Assembly (NCBI GenBank): GCA_964016885.1
Contig: OZ024740.1
Span: 21,576,001-21,640,000 of the forward strand
DNA: 64,000 nt
Origin: Eledone cirrhosa
Taxonomy: Eukaryota
Reading direction: 5' to 3'
Shown: positions 27,669-40,471 of the stretch, piece after piece
How positions within the stretch are numbered: the stretch's first letter is position 1
How the letters are laid out: every line of letters starts with the position of its first letter
Notes under the pieces: generated by a model
The model's input: only the letters and a program-made list of their open reading frames with translations
The model's database searches: none
What the model was told of the DNA's origin: nothing
Made by a program: the position numbers and the translations under genes

Positions 27669-30600
27669 TCTATATATTAATTTCAACAATGTCATTATTC
27701 CGTGTGTCATAATTCTCGATTATCATTGGTTCATAGGTTTCAAACGACTCCGCCCACCTCAACGACGCCAAACTGAAATTAATATTCATAATGCCAATGA
27801 GGGAGTGAGAGGGGAGAGTAAGAAACAGAGAGGCAAAGTGAACGCTGTAACTATTACCAGTGTGCGTGTGTATGTACGTGCGCGTATTTATGTGTGTGTG
27901 CGTGCGTGCAGCGTTCCACAGAAAGTAAAAGCAATTCGCCTTTATCAAACAGTGAACTACAGCGGCGACGGCGTGCAGCCAGGAATGAAGAAAAACGGGC
28001 CGAACAACGCCATCGGAACGCCGAACTTCAGAGGCGAATACGTGCCACCATGAATGAAGAGGAGCTGGCTGAACAACGCCAACGAAACACTGGAGCCAAG
28101 CAGCGACGGCGTGCTGCGATGGTTGAAGACGAACTGGTTGAGCATCATTAGCAGATGGCCAGAATTCAGCAGCAACGGCGTGCTGCGATGAATGAAGGGG
28201 AGCTAGCTGAACAACGCCAGCGCAATACAGAAGTTCAGAGAATGTGTCGCCAAAGTGCTCCTCATTCCAGTAAAGAGGCTAGAAGGCGAACGGATGATAT
28301 TAAAAATGGATCATGGCAACCGTGTCATTTTCAGATTGGTGGACGAGCAGAGTGTCCACATTGTGGAGCATTGCTTTGGAGGCACGAAAAGACGTGGACC
28401 ACAATGTGCTGTCATAAAGGAGCAGTTCAACTAGAACGCTTGCGAATGCCGGATGATGAGGAGTCACCGGAGTTTAAAATACTAAGTATGTGGGGTGATC
28501 AAGGAGACCGAGGTAGATTACTGCGCAAATATTCGCGGCAAATTAACAATTCATTAGTTTTAGCATCGCAGAGAGTTAGTGAGATGTTTGAGAGTGGAGC
28601 ATGGCAACCGAATGTAGTCATTCAAGACCGTTTGTATCAATGTATCGGTAATTTAGAAGTTACCCCAGGAGAGAGGCCTTGATTCGCTCAAATTTACGTT
28701 AACGATCCAGATTATAGTGAATCGGAGGAGGATATCAGGATCGGTTGGATGAAGTTGCCGGGAAATATAACTGAACTTGAACGGCAAAGGTTAAGTGATT
28801 TGATCCGTGATTTGCAATCATGGCTTAGACAGTGTAATCCTTATGTTGTGGATTTCATGTTGGTGGCTGAACTGCAAAATGTTCAGCAGCAAACGTTGGT
28901 GATTAAGGCTGACGCAGTGCCAAGGAATCAACACGAACGGCGATATAATGCCCCTGAAGGATTTCGTGAAGTTGCTGTGTTGATGGACGATAAGCCTGGA
29001 TCGAGAGATATCGTCATCAATCGCAGAGTTGGTGGTCTCAAGACTCAATGAATCAAATAGGGCATACGATCCATTGCATTATGTTCTTTTATTCTCAAAA
29101 GGTGAAAATGGATGGAACATGTCTGTTCATTTAGATGATCATGAGAATCAGCATCAACAGGGAGGTGGCAATAGACACAATAATTCGATTTGCGACTTTT
29201 ACGCGTTCCATTTTAACGAGAGGAATCAACAGAGAAATGCACTATTTCAAGCCAGCAGATTGTTCCAGGAATACTGTTGTATGGCATTCGCAAAGATCGA
29301 AAATCAAAGGCTAAATTATATAGCTACACATCAGCAACATATCAGAGCTGAATTGTATAATAATATACAGGATGCGATAACAGCCGGTGATGCCAATTAC
29401 AAGCAAATTGGTCGACGCATCATTTTGCCATCGTCGTTCATCGGCAGCCCGAGATATATGAACATTCGCTATCAGGATGCAATGGCTTTTGTCAGAAAGT
29501 TTGGAAAGCCAGATTTGTTTATAACGGTTACATGCAATTCTGAATGGACTGATATTAAGGATGCACTTCGCCAGGACAACAGCCAAAGGACCGTCCTGAT
29601 ATTGTGGCAAGAGTATTCAAAGGATATCTGAAAAAGATAATGGATGATGTGGAAAAAGAGGGAATCTTTGGAGGTATAGTTGCTTTTACATACGTAATTG
29701 AATTCCAAAAAATAGGATTGCCACATGCACATTTGCTGATCATTTTACATAGAGATTGCAAATTGAGATGTGCTGAGGATGTCGACAGCATTGTGTGTGC
29801 TGAACTGCCGGAAAATGAGGCACTACGTAACTTGGTGGCAAAGTCAATGGTGCACAACCAATGCGGAGTGGCAAATCGGAAAGCGCCTTGCATGAAAAAT
29901 GGCCAATGCAGTAAGCACTTTCCGAAATCTTTTGTCACGAACACTTCCTGGAACGATGGGGATGCTCATCCCTCATACAGAAGACGGTCGCCTGCCGATG
30001 GCGGTTTGGTCGAAAATGTAAACGGTCGACAGGTTACAAATCAATGGGTTGTGCCATACAATCCATATTTGATTATGAAATATCGTTGTCATATTAATGT
30101 GGAAATTTGTAGCTCAGTGAAAGCTTGCAAATATCTATTCAAATATGTTTACGAAGGTCATGATCGGGCAATGATCAATGTCAGGAATGAGGAAGCGAAC
30201 CAAGGAGATGAAGTTGGCAGGTTCCAGGATGTTCGCTCGATTGGATCTAGCGAAGCTTGCTGGAGATTGATCGATTTTCATCTCAATAAACGCAAACCCA
30301 GCGTTCAGAAACTGACGGTTCACTTAGAGAATAGGCAAATGGTCTGTTTTCAGGACACTAGAAGAGGTGTCGAAAGAATTGCTAACGCACCACCTCCTAA
30401 GACGGAATTGACTGAATGGTTCAAGCATAATAGGGAACATGCTTTGTACTTGGATCAAAGGCAACTCTACTGCGATTTCCCTTCGCATTATACGTGGGAT
30501 AAGAAGGGAAAGAAATGGAATGATAGAAAACAAAAGTTGAGATTCGTGACTATTGGACGGGTTTGTAATGTCCATCCAGCATCTGGTGATGTGTTTTATC

Positions 30601-33408
30601 TCCGAATTCTGTTGCATAGTGATTTTTCGAGAGGTAAACAGAGCTTCGCTGATTTGAAAACAATCAATGGCGTGGAATATGAAACATACCAGGCTGTGTG
30701 TCAACATCTGGGACTCCTTCAGGATGACGCTGAATGGAATAACGCCATGGAAGCTGCAGGAACAACACAGATGCCAGCTCAAATAAGGCAGTTGTTTGTC
30801 ACGATTCTAGGATTCTGCAATCCTGCCGATCCAAGAGAGTTATTTGAACGCCATTGGGGAATTATGGCTGATGATTTTAGGCATCATCTTCAGGTCGATG
30901 ATGAAAATTTGATGAAGGCTATTGTTTGCTCAATATTGAACAACTGCTTTAAGTTCATTTGAAATGTTTAAGAGATTTCTAATTTGCCAATTCCTGATGA
31001 AGAAATGCGGCAACGTGTCTTAGCATTGAACATGAGATTGCAGCTTAGACGGTTGCCACTCGATCGGAGGGAACTATTCCAGTTTGATCCACTGGAACAG
31101 CAACGTATTCTGGATGAACGTATGCCAATGTTGAGCCAATCTCAGAGAGAATTGGGCGATGGCGTTCTCCACTCGATTTCCACTAATGAGCAACTTTGTG
31201 CTTTCATAGATGCTCCAGGAGGTACCGGAAAGACATTCTGTTTCAACACTATGTTATCGGTAGTCAGAGCTCAGAGGAAGATTGCTCTCCCTGTGGCCAC
31301 CAGTGGGATCGCTGCCACTTTGCTGAGTGGTGGAAGGACCTTCTACTCATGCTTCAAGGCTCCATTCGCTCCGGATGAGTTGAGTGTCTGTAACATTACA
31401 GGACAAAATGAACTCGCGGGCCTTATACGCAATACGTCTCTGATTATTTGGGACGAGGCTCCAATGGCACACAAATATTTGCTGGAGGCATTGGACAGAA
31501 CTTTGAGAGATATCTGCGGTAGTGACCTGTCATTCGGTGCTAAGACTATCGTTCTTGGTGGCGATTTCAGACAGGTGCTACCAATTGTTAGGAATGCTCA
31601 AAGAGCGCAAATTGCCGATGCATGTCTGAAAAAGTCCCCGTTGTGGCGCCATTTCAGAGTTTTGCGATTACACGATAATATGCGACTTTGTATGTTCGGG
31701 CAAAACGAAGAGGCTGAGACATACGGCCGATGGTTGTAGCAGTTGGGAAACGATGAATTGCCACACGTTGGTGATAATCAGACTGTAAGAATCCCAGACC
31801 ATTTGGTCATGCCACTGGACCGCCAAGCATTGATTGACTGGGTGTTCCCTAATTTGAATGCTTTTTGGCAGAATATCTCCTGGATATCGGAACGTGTTAT
31901 TCTAACTCATACGAATGCAACGGTCGAGGAAATAAATTCACAAGTAGCCGGAATGTTTCCTGGAGAGGAATGGTTGACCGTCAGTGCGGATGCAATGGAG
32001 CCTAATCAGTAGAACAATATGGATGTTCCGACTGAGTATCTGAATTCACTTCAAATACCCGGATTTCCCCCACATATTTTGAGGTTGAAAAAGGGTATGC
32101 CGATTATATTGCTTAGAAATATCAATCATAAAATGGGTCTTTGCAATGATACCAGATTGATTGTTGAGAGATTGATTAACGGAAGAGTTTTAGAAGCTAA
32201 ACTCCCAGGCAGAGAGGAATCGGTTCTCATTCCGAGGATCATGCTGAGACCAAGTGAAGATCTGCTGCCATTCATTTGGCAAAGGAGACAGTTTCCCGTC
32301 AATTTGGCCTTCTCCATGACTGTCAACAAGGCACAGGGACAGACTTTCAAGCGAGTCGGTGTCTACTTGAATGATCCAGCATTCAGCCATGTGCAACTGT
32401 ATGTTGCTGCATCTCGACTATGCGATCCTGATGGTATAAAATTTGCAATTGATACCACTAACAGAGGTCAACCCTGAATATTGTCTATAATGAAGCTTTG
32501 AGCTGATGTATGCATATAGTTTAATGCTATCAATAAGCGACGTAAATGATTCGGACATTGGTTTCCTCTCATCAGTATTGTCAGCTTTGACAGAGTTATC
32601 ATTTATGTTCAATGTCATTTATTGTCGATAATGAGCAATAAAAACCAACAAGTATTGGTAGAAATTGCCTTCAAATTTAACGCTTCTGATTGCAGTGGTA
32701 ATAAAACCTCATCATATGCTGAGTCTGGCAAAACGTTTGGTGCCTATGGCCGGCCAGCGCTAGAGTAATATTGAAAAACGATTCTATTTTCGAAGTAGAA
32801 GGATCCGCCATTTGGAGTTCAAACCAGGCCACCTCCTCGAGTTGAACTCTGGGCAATATTGACTGTCTATTACTCAGTGGCTAAGACCTGGAAATTACTG
32901 AATACATTTTTGTGTCATATAATTTGTTGTAGCTGACCACTTATAGATAAGCATGTTATCCATATCCATATTAATTTGGCATTTGTATAAACCATTTCAA
33001 GTAAATAGGGACCTTTTTTACATTGACGGACATCTTTTATATTAATTATCTATATCTATATCTACATATAATATAAAAGATTGGAACTTCCATCATCCTT
33101 TTGAGAAACGTGGAACAACCACGTCTATGCAATGATACACGTTTTACAGTCAGGCAGAAGATGAACCATCTCCTAAAGGTCACTATTCTAGGTGGGAGCA
33201 CCTAGAATTGTTCATATACTATACACAAACGGTACAACGAAGAATCTGGTATATCTGGAAGATTTTTTTTACTGTTTTTTTGTATCACACAGACAACATG
33301 GACTCGCCTCATACTGTAACCAGACAAACATCCAATACAGTAATTTTCTCTTTTACCTGTCTTCTCTTATCATCTGTTTACCCGCGCGAAGCTGGGTACG
33401 TCAGCTAG
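27669..33408 (+). mobile_element. Full-length, decayed Helitron (5' TC ... hairpin-CTAG 3')
   Basis: Starts A|TCTATATATT at 27669 and ends with the hairpin TACCCGCGCGAAGCTGGGTA (33379-33398) and CTAG (33405-33408). Encodes RepHel fragments. Confidence 0.95.
27950..32500 (+). pseudogene. Helitron RepHel transposase (Zn-finger, HUH/Y2 Rep, PIF1-family helicase) broken by stops and frameshifts
   Basis: Motifs CPHCGALLW...CC, KPDLFITVTCN, VIEFQKIGLPHAHLLI (HUH), KYLFKYVYEGHD (Y2), DAPGGTGKT (Walker A), IIWDEAPM, GGDFRQVLP and FSMTVNKAQGQT, spread over about eight ORF pieces. Confidence 0.95.
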
Positions 33409-34266
33409 TCTATATATTAATTTCAACAACGTCATTATTCCGTGTGTTATAATTCTCGATTATCATTGGTTCATAGGTTTCAAACGACTCCGCCCACCTC
33501 AACGACGCCAAACTGAAATTAATATACATAATGCCAATGAGGGAGTGAGAGGGGAGAGTAAGAAACAGAGAGGCAAAGTGAACGTTGTAACTATTACCAT
33601 GTGTGCGTGTGTATGTACGTGCGCGTGTGTTTATGTGTGTGTGCGTGCGTGCAGCGTTCCACAGAAAGTAAAAGCAATTCGCCTTTATCAAACAGTGAAC
33701 TACAGCGGCGACGGCGTGCAGCCAGGAATGAAGAAAAACGGGCTGAACAACGCCATCGGAACGCCGAACTTCAGAGGCGAAGACGTGCCACCATGAATGA
33801 AGAGGAGCTGGCTGAGCAACGCCAACGAAACACTGGAGCCACGCAGCGACGGCGTGCTGCGATGGTTGAAGACGAACTGGCTGAGCATCATCTTTTATAT
33901 TAATTATCTATATCTATATCTACATATAATATAAAATATTGGAACTTCCATCATCCTTTTGAGAAACGTGGAACAACCACGTCTATGCAATGATACACTT
34001 TTTAGAGTCAGGCAAAAGATGAACCATCTCCTGGAGGTCACTATTCTAGATGGGAGCACCTAGAATTTTTCATACACTATGCACAAACGGTGCAACAAAG
34101 AATCTGGTATATCTGGAAGATTTATTTTTACTGTTTTCTGTATCACACAGACACCACGGACTCACCTCATACTGTAACCAGACAAACATCCAATACAGTC
34201 ATTTTCTCTTTTACCTGTCTTCTCTTATCATCTGTTTACCCGGGCGAAGCTGGGTACGTCAGCTAG
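33409..34266 (+). mobile_element. Non-autonomous internal-deletion derivative of the same Helitron, head-to-tail
   Basis: TCTATATATT begins immediately after CTAG. The first about 480 bp match 27669-28148 and the rest match 33031-33408. Ends with the hairpin plus CTAG (34263-34266) followed by T. Confidence 0.95.
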
Positions 34267-34831
34267 TACTTCATAAAGTAAACAAATGTTGTTTACAGTT
34301 CTAGCTTAACATCAAAAGATTCTAAAAGACGGTAATTTGTGGTCAGGTACACTGTAGTGTAATGGATGAATGACGTCGTCCGACATAAAGCAATTGTGCG
34401 GTTTAATTTCCGTTAGCGTTTCTGTTACTTTTCCCGTCTCTAGTGGTAACTTGTCCGTTTTGTTCAACTATTATTTATAGTTATCAGCATTATGGTGACT
34501 TACCAAAAAGAAAAAGCAAACATTTCCAATGCTTCGTAAATAAACCAAATGTTGTTTAGTGTACGTTTTTAGTTTTTTTCCTAGTTTTCTTTTTTATTCT
34601 CCTTTTTAGGAAATTTCGCTCCTTACCTGGTATCTTATATGAGGGACAGAAAGATTTCACCAGACCTTCGATACAATGAAGCCTTATGGATTTTTGCTCT
34701 GATGACCCTCGGACAAGGCGTGTCGGGATTCCTAGGAGGGATTTTAGAACGGTTAATAGGACCAAGGCTGACAACACTCCTAGGATCATGGGTGATGAGG
34801 TAAGGCTATTAACAAACATTACTAATATGTC

Positions 34832-35004
34832 AGGGTGGTAGATTGGCAGTATCGGTAGAGGGTCGGACGCCATAGAGTTACGGCCCTTTATGGTCAAATT
34901 CGCCGAGGTTAACTTTGCCTTTCATCCTTACGGGGTCAATAAAATAAAGTACCAGTAATACACTGGGATAATTGCTGGCCTTGTGCCAAAAGTAGAAACA
35001 ATTA
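34832..35004 (+). mobile_element. tRNA-derived SINE
   Basis: GGTGGTAGATTGGCAGTATCGGTAGAG head, then CGCCGAGGTTAACTTTGCCTTTCATCC...AAAATAAAGTACCAGTAA...GGCCTTGTGCCAAAAGTAGAAAC. Confidence 0.75.
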
Positions 35005-35239
35005 TATGTATGTGTGTGATTATGGGTGTGTGTATGTGTGAGTATGTGTGCGCGCGCGCGTGTGTGTGTGTGTATTCTGGTGCATGTGTGTGTGGACTTG
35101 TCACTTTTTCTAGCACAGGTTGGTCTTTACGATATACGCGTAACAATACTCTCTATTTAGTCTTAGTCTTAGTAATATATATAAATCAGGATAGAGTACT
35201 TGATACTTGGAGTAGTAGAGTATGGTTTTATTATAACGA

Positions 35240-35334
35240 GTTGGGAGCCGACGGTTGAGCTGTTGCCGTTTCAACAGCATGTTACAAATTGAAACTAGCT
35301 ATTGAAACGGTAATAGCTCAGCCGTCGGTTCCCG

Positions 35335-35336
<2 letters not shown>
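35240..35336 (+). repeat. 39-bp inverted repeat with a 19-nt loop
   Basis: Arms 35240-35278 and 35298-35336 differ at 6 positions, 5 of which form G.U pairs on the + strand. Confidence 0.85.
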
Positions 35337-35397
<61 letters not shown>

Positions 35398-35587
35398 TTT
35401 AGGTTTGTTGGTTCACCCTGGATAGAACTGGTCATTCCGTATAGTCAACCTTGATGTAATATTAGGGAAAGCACTCCACGTAATGCAACTCACCCGTCTT
35501 CGTTTGTGTTGTTGGTGGTGCGAGTACGGAGTTAATTATTATAAAATAAGAGGAGGCTGGACTGGTGTTATTCCTTAAAGGTTTATT

Positions 35588-35645
35588 ATACTATGAACAT
35601 TTCAATGACCGGGTTCAGTATGAATCCGGCGACATCATCAGGTAT
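35588..35645 (-). ncRNA. Minimal type I hammerhead ribozyme motif
   Basis: Reverse complement of the motif at 35826-35883. Confidence 0.7.
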
Positions 35646-35825
35646 TCCGAAATTTATCCAACAAAGGAATATAATAATAGATACAATCCATGGGGCTGAA
35701 AAGCAGATAGAGATGCCCTAAACGAGAAGGCGGCCAAAAATTAGCAGTTGTTAGTCCGGGCGGCCGCCTTTTCAGCACCTTGGATTGTGTCTATTATTAT
35801 ATTCCTTTGTTGGATAAATTTCGGA

Positions 35826-35883
35826 ATACCTGATGATGTCGCCGGATTCATACTGAACCCGGTCATTGAAATGTTCATAGTAT
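35826..35883 (+). ncRNA. Minimal type I hammerhead ribozyme motif
   Basis: ATAC-CTGATGA-[..GCCGG..TTCA tac TGAA..CCGGT..]-GAAA-TGTTCA-TA-GTAT. Stem I is ATAC/GTAT and stem III is the near-palindrome ATGTTCAT. Confidence 0.7.
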
Positions 35884-35950
35884 AATAAACCTTTAAGAAA
35901 TTACACCAGTCCAGCCTCCTCTTATTTTGGAATATTATATATACCCGGGT

Positions 35951-36051
35951 CCCGCCGAGGTTAACTTTGCCTTTCATCCTTACGGGGTCGATAAAATAAA
36001 GTACCAGTAATACACTGGGTAATTACTAGCCTTGTGCCTAACGTAGAAACA
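35951..36051 (+). mobile_element. 5'-truncated SINE with a 17-bp target-site duplication
   Basis: SINE 3' half flanked by ATTATATATACCCGGGT at 35934-35950 and 36052-36068. Confidence 0.85.
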
Positions 36052-37697
36052 ATTATATATACCCGGGTAGACAATGGCTGCAATATCCTTCTTTTCCCCA
36101 CTTGCTGAGCAAGATAGGGGAAACCCCAGCATAAATAGGTAGATGTACTTCTTTTCTTTTTCCCTTTATCTCTTCTTATCACTTCCTTCTACTCCCTCTT
36201 CTCTTCCTTTTCCTTTTTCCTCTTTCGCCTACACTGAGGCAGCCCATCGGGCTTTTGTAGCCTCAGTACCCCCACCCCAATAAATTCTATATAGCATTGG
36301 CCGATAACGCAATACCAGCTAAAAATGTAGCAGCTGCTTTAGACTCTAGAGATTTTTTATTATTTTTTACTATTTAATTTTTTTATTATTTTTATTTATT
36401 ATCTTTTAATTTCATTTATTAACTTTTTAATTTTATAACTTCCCACTCTCAGATTCCTCCAGAATTCCTTTTTCGCCTGCTTTCTAGCTAGCCTAATTTC
36501 ATACACCCTCCTTAGATTTTGCTGTATAGAATTCACTTTCAACACTTGACCGGCTCCACCCACTCCCTCATTGTTCTACAGGCAAGTTCAGCCACCCCAC
36601 CTCCCACCCCCGGCCATAAAAGATTTAATTGCATTTACAAGAAATTTTGACCAATCCTTTTGACAACTACAATCTTCCCATATAAGGAATTACCCCTTGA
36701 AAAGTTCGGCTATTTATTACCACGCTAAAAATTCTAATTTAGTCCAGAAATAGCCGTCGAAACGGCTTGAGCTCTGCCGTCGGGGTTAAACATTTTCCTA
36801 TTACCCACTCTACTACACTAAGTATTGAGTACTCTGGTGCGTTATGGTCCATTTGGCTTCCTTCGTTATATATATATATATATATATATGATGGTTGCCA
36901 CACGTAATCGAGTATGGCCATTGCACGATATACCATTATTAATAATCATTAATTAATTCTATCGTGCAATGTCTGTGCGTGAAGATATTTTTTAAAGTGA
37001 AGAAAGACTGTGCACTGAGCCAATCCCACTCTCTGAGTGACAGTAACTATAACCCGAAAATAAGAAAAGATCAACGTCATCGGTAACTACTGAGCCGCAG
37101 GTTTTATATCGGAGTTATCCCACTTTCCTGAGTTGCCTTCTCCTAGAAGAATGCTGTGACAAATGCTAGGGGTCCTTCACTCCCAGTGGTTTAACCGCGC
37201 GATCGGGTATCCAGCCCGACTATTTCTATGTCCCCGCGCATATACATACACATGCACCCATGTATATACACATATACATATACATATACATATACATATG
37301 TACATGTGTATATACATATTCCCGTTAGACCTGTGCGAAATTCCTTCCTTGCTCACATTTCAACCAGGTTTGATGGTCTTTATTCTCTCGTTCACGATTC
37401 CACCGAATTTATATTCATAGAAATCTGGGACTTGTTTCCTTCTTCCTCTCTTTCTGCTGCTTAAACCATTTTGTTTGTTTACCCTAGCGTCCCCTTTATT
37501 TACGTGTCCCAACGACTTTTTTTTAGTCGTTGCTCGCACCAACCTGAGGTATAACCTGACAAACTTTTTCATATGTAACCCATTTGCAGCGCCGCAGCTC
37601 CATTATTATCATATTTACATATATATATATATATACCACCCTGCTTTTCTTTTGCTCCCTGTCTTTGCTCTTTTATAAACAGTCTCTTTCACTCGCA

Positions 37698-37753
<56 letters not shown>

Positions 37754-37822
37754 ATTCTATCTATCTAGCTAACCCCCCCCCCTCTCTATCTCTCGTTTTA
37801 CTTGACTCTGTGTTTGTTGCAG

Positions 37823-37949
37823 TGCTGGTGTCCTCTTGAGTTATTTCACCGTCAATCACAGTTTCGCAACCTGTCTTATTACATATGGTCTGATATTTGG
37901 TTTGGGACTCGGCATAGCTTACCCAATACCCATGGGCTGCGCAATGAGG
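37823..37949 (+). CDS. Exon A of an OxlT/oxalate:formate antiporter-like MFS transporter
   Basis: ttgttgcag|...|gtgagc. Reads AGVLLSYFTVNHSFATCLITYGLIFGLGLGIAYPIPMGCAMR and ends in phase 0, joining exon B in frame. Confidence 0.9.
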
Positions 37950-38106
37950 GTGAGCTGAATTTATTTACTTCTTTCCTTCCTTTTCTGTTCTTTCTAGTCT
38001 TTCTCCCTTTTTTTTTCTATATTTCCTTTTTTTACGAAGTGAATTTGCAGAATCATCAGCGTGTACTACAAAATGACGGATATTGGTTTTTTCAGCACTC
38101 TACGCT

Positions 38107-38437
38107 CTGGGTATAACTGGGTATAACTGGGTATATCTGGGTGTAACTGGGTATAACTGGGTATAACTGGGTATATCTGGGTGTAACTGGGTATAACTGG
38201 GTATAACTGGGTATATCTGGGTGTAACTGGGTGTAACTGGGTATAACTGGGTGTTACTGGGTATATCTGGGTATAACTGGGTATAACTGGGTGTAACTGG
38301 GTATATCTGGGTATATATGGGTATAATTGAGTGTAACTGGGTATATCTGGGTATATTTAGGTATAACTGGGTATATATAGGTATAACTGGGTATATATGG
38401 GTATAAGTGGGTATATCTGGTATATCTGGTATATCTG
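38107..38437. repeat. 10-bp minisatellite (CTGGGTATAA / CTGGGTGTAA / CTGGGTATAT)
   Basis: About 33 tandem decamers, degrading toward the right end. Confidence 0.95.
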
Positions 38438-38539
38438 AATATATCTCCCATCAAGGTCAAACTTGTCTTCCTTCTTTTTAGGATCGATAAAATAAAGTAC
38501 TAGTCCAATATATTGTTACCGCGTCGGACGAGATTGCCT

Positions 38540-38660
38540 TGCGTGGCTTAGTGGTTAGAGAGTTGGATTCACAATCGTGAGATTGCGAGTTCAATTCCCG
38601 GACTGGTTGTTGCGTTGTGTCCTTGGGCAAGACACTTCATTTCACGTGGCTCCTTTTTTC
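38540..38660 (+). mobile_element. tRNA-derived SINE head with a CORE-like segment (second SINE family)
   Basis: A box GTGGCTTAGTGG and B box GAGTTCAATTCCC, then GTTGTGTCCTTGGGCAAGACACTTCA. A related head lies at 47745-47830. Confidence 0.65.
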
Positions 38661-38949
38661 ACGAGTTGTGACTGGTAGATAGTATCAGCAATGGAAAGAC
38701 CAATGGAAACATTGTTTGACGAGGTGCACCCACTCGGCAAGCAAATAAGGTCTGGGATCTTGTCGGTCGATTATTCTGAATTCTTGGGTTGTATATTTAA
38801 TCCGATTCCCGGTTTAACATCTTCACCTGGTCCCTGGTTACCTACGACTGAACTTCTCGGATTAGAACTAGGTCTTTAGTTTGAAGAATACGTTCTACCT
38901 CCTCACATCAGTCATAGAAACTGTGAGAAAATAAGGATTCGTGAACGAC

Positions 38950-39100
38950 ACTTCTGTCAGAAGCAACCGTCTCCAGCTGATCCAGTCCAGTTCGGGGTCT
39001 AACCCTGGGTCTCCTGCCGGTTGGTTGTGCTTCTGACAGGACCTACTCGAAAGAGTGTTTGAGGACTCTGCCCGTACGACCATCTCAGGAATAAGTGGTC
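38950..39100 (+). mobile_element. RTE 3'-end fragment, partly inverted, leading into a (GAA)n tail
   Basis: GTGTTTGAGGACTCTGC...CTCAG.AATAAGT matches 27445-27487. Confidence 0.6.
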
Positions 39101-39309
39101 GAAGAAGAAGAAGACGAAGAAGAAGAAGACGAAGAAGAAGAAGAAGACGAAGAAGAAGAAGAAGCAGAAGAAGAAGAAGAAGAAGAAGAAGAAGAAGAAG
39201 AAGAAGAAGAAGAAGAAGAAGAAGAAGAAGAAAAAGAAGAAGAAAAAGAAGAAGAAGAAGAAGAAGACGACGGCGATGGCGACGGCGACAACGACGACGA
39301 CGACGTTGA

Positions 39310-39341
<32 letters not shown>

Positions 39342-39410
39342 GCGACGACGGCGACGACAACGACAACGACGACGAAGAAGAAGAAGAAGAAGAAGAAGAA
39401 GAAGAAGAAG

Positions 39411-39440
<30 letters not shown>
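39101..39440. repeat. Compound trinucleotide tract (GAA)n-(GAC/GGC)n-(GAA)n
   Basis: Read directly. It explains the poly-E/D/R/F/S ORFs in the track. Confidence 0.97.
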
Positions 39441-39442
<2 letters not shown>

Positions 39443-40062
39443 CGCTGTTCTTCCCCCCTTACCTGAGCTCTGAAAGAGATATCCACTCCACTCTGTCCCT
39501 ACACACAGCAATGATAATGCTGATGATGATGATGATTCTTAACATAAGCACAAGACCTAAGATATTTTGGAGGTTAGAGATAGAGAAAATCGAAGATATC
39601 GACCTCATTATTTCACTGGTACTGTCGCCAAGACAACCTCAATGGTATTTGTACTGAGACTATCAACGGATGTTAACTAAACACTGCAAGTCATTTTATA
39701 TTATACCCGACTCTGCGGTTTTTGCCAATCCAGAGTCCTTATATTTAATTTCAATAGTACGATTAAATGTGAGGTTATTATTGTATATTTCTTTTGAAGA
39801 TAGAGCTACGCCTTGTTTAAAGATAAACAACTTTATTAAACTTCTATTCAAACTTTAAAATAAGTGGAGGGAAATGGTGGCTATTTAACACAAAAGTTTT
39901 TGTCGTTCGTCCCAGAAAGGAAACGAAACCTTCGCAAATTCAGTCAATTATTTTCAAATATATATTTGTGTGTTTATTGTGTACGTCTATTTATTTAGTT
40001 GTTATTTTTAGAGAATAAAGTCAGGTCTTCAACGAAAATTTAACCCAGATATATATTATGAA

Positions 40063-40093
<31 letters not shown>

Positions 40094-40214
40094 GAAGAGT
40101 CATGTAAATTTTACCGACACATTTTAGTTGTAAGATGGCAGACGATCGGTCGTGTGGGTAAGGCAACAGACGTCCAAGTGAGAGGTCGGCTGTTTGTATC
40201 CTGTTACATCCTCA

Positions 40215-40375
40215 TATGGCGACGGCGGATTAAAAGAGTTGTCAGAACGTCGGATAGAATTCATTGCAGTATTCGTTCCGGCTCTCCACGGTCTGAGTTC
40301 AAATCCTACCATCATCAACATTGCCTTTCATCCTTTATAGAATACTCCCGGAATAATGGGGTCGATACTTTTCTT

Positions 40376-40471
<96 letters not shown>

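Larger units (their letters stand above)
35395..35933. mobile_element. Fold-back PLE-type remnant with 161-bp inverted arms (35543-35703 / 35768-35928), next to (TA)n
   Basis: Arms are reverse complements with few mismatches, and each holds a hammerhead motif. Confidence 0.8.

Noticed and set aside
36070-37250. Possible further exon or mobile-element remnant, including a small hairpin ACTGAGGC...GCCTCAGT near 36233-36267
   Set aside because: I found no convincing splice sites with MFS-like translation and no hammerhead core, so it could not be assigned by eye.
38540-38605. tRNA genes here and at 47745-47820
   Set aside because: A and B boxes are present but there is no complete cloverleaf, and the sequence continues into SINE bodies.
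38999-39511. Poly-E/D, poly-R, poly-F and poly-S ORFs
   Set aside because: All derive from the trinucleotide tract.
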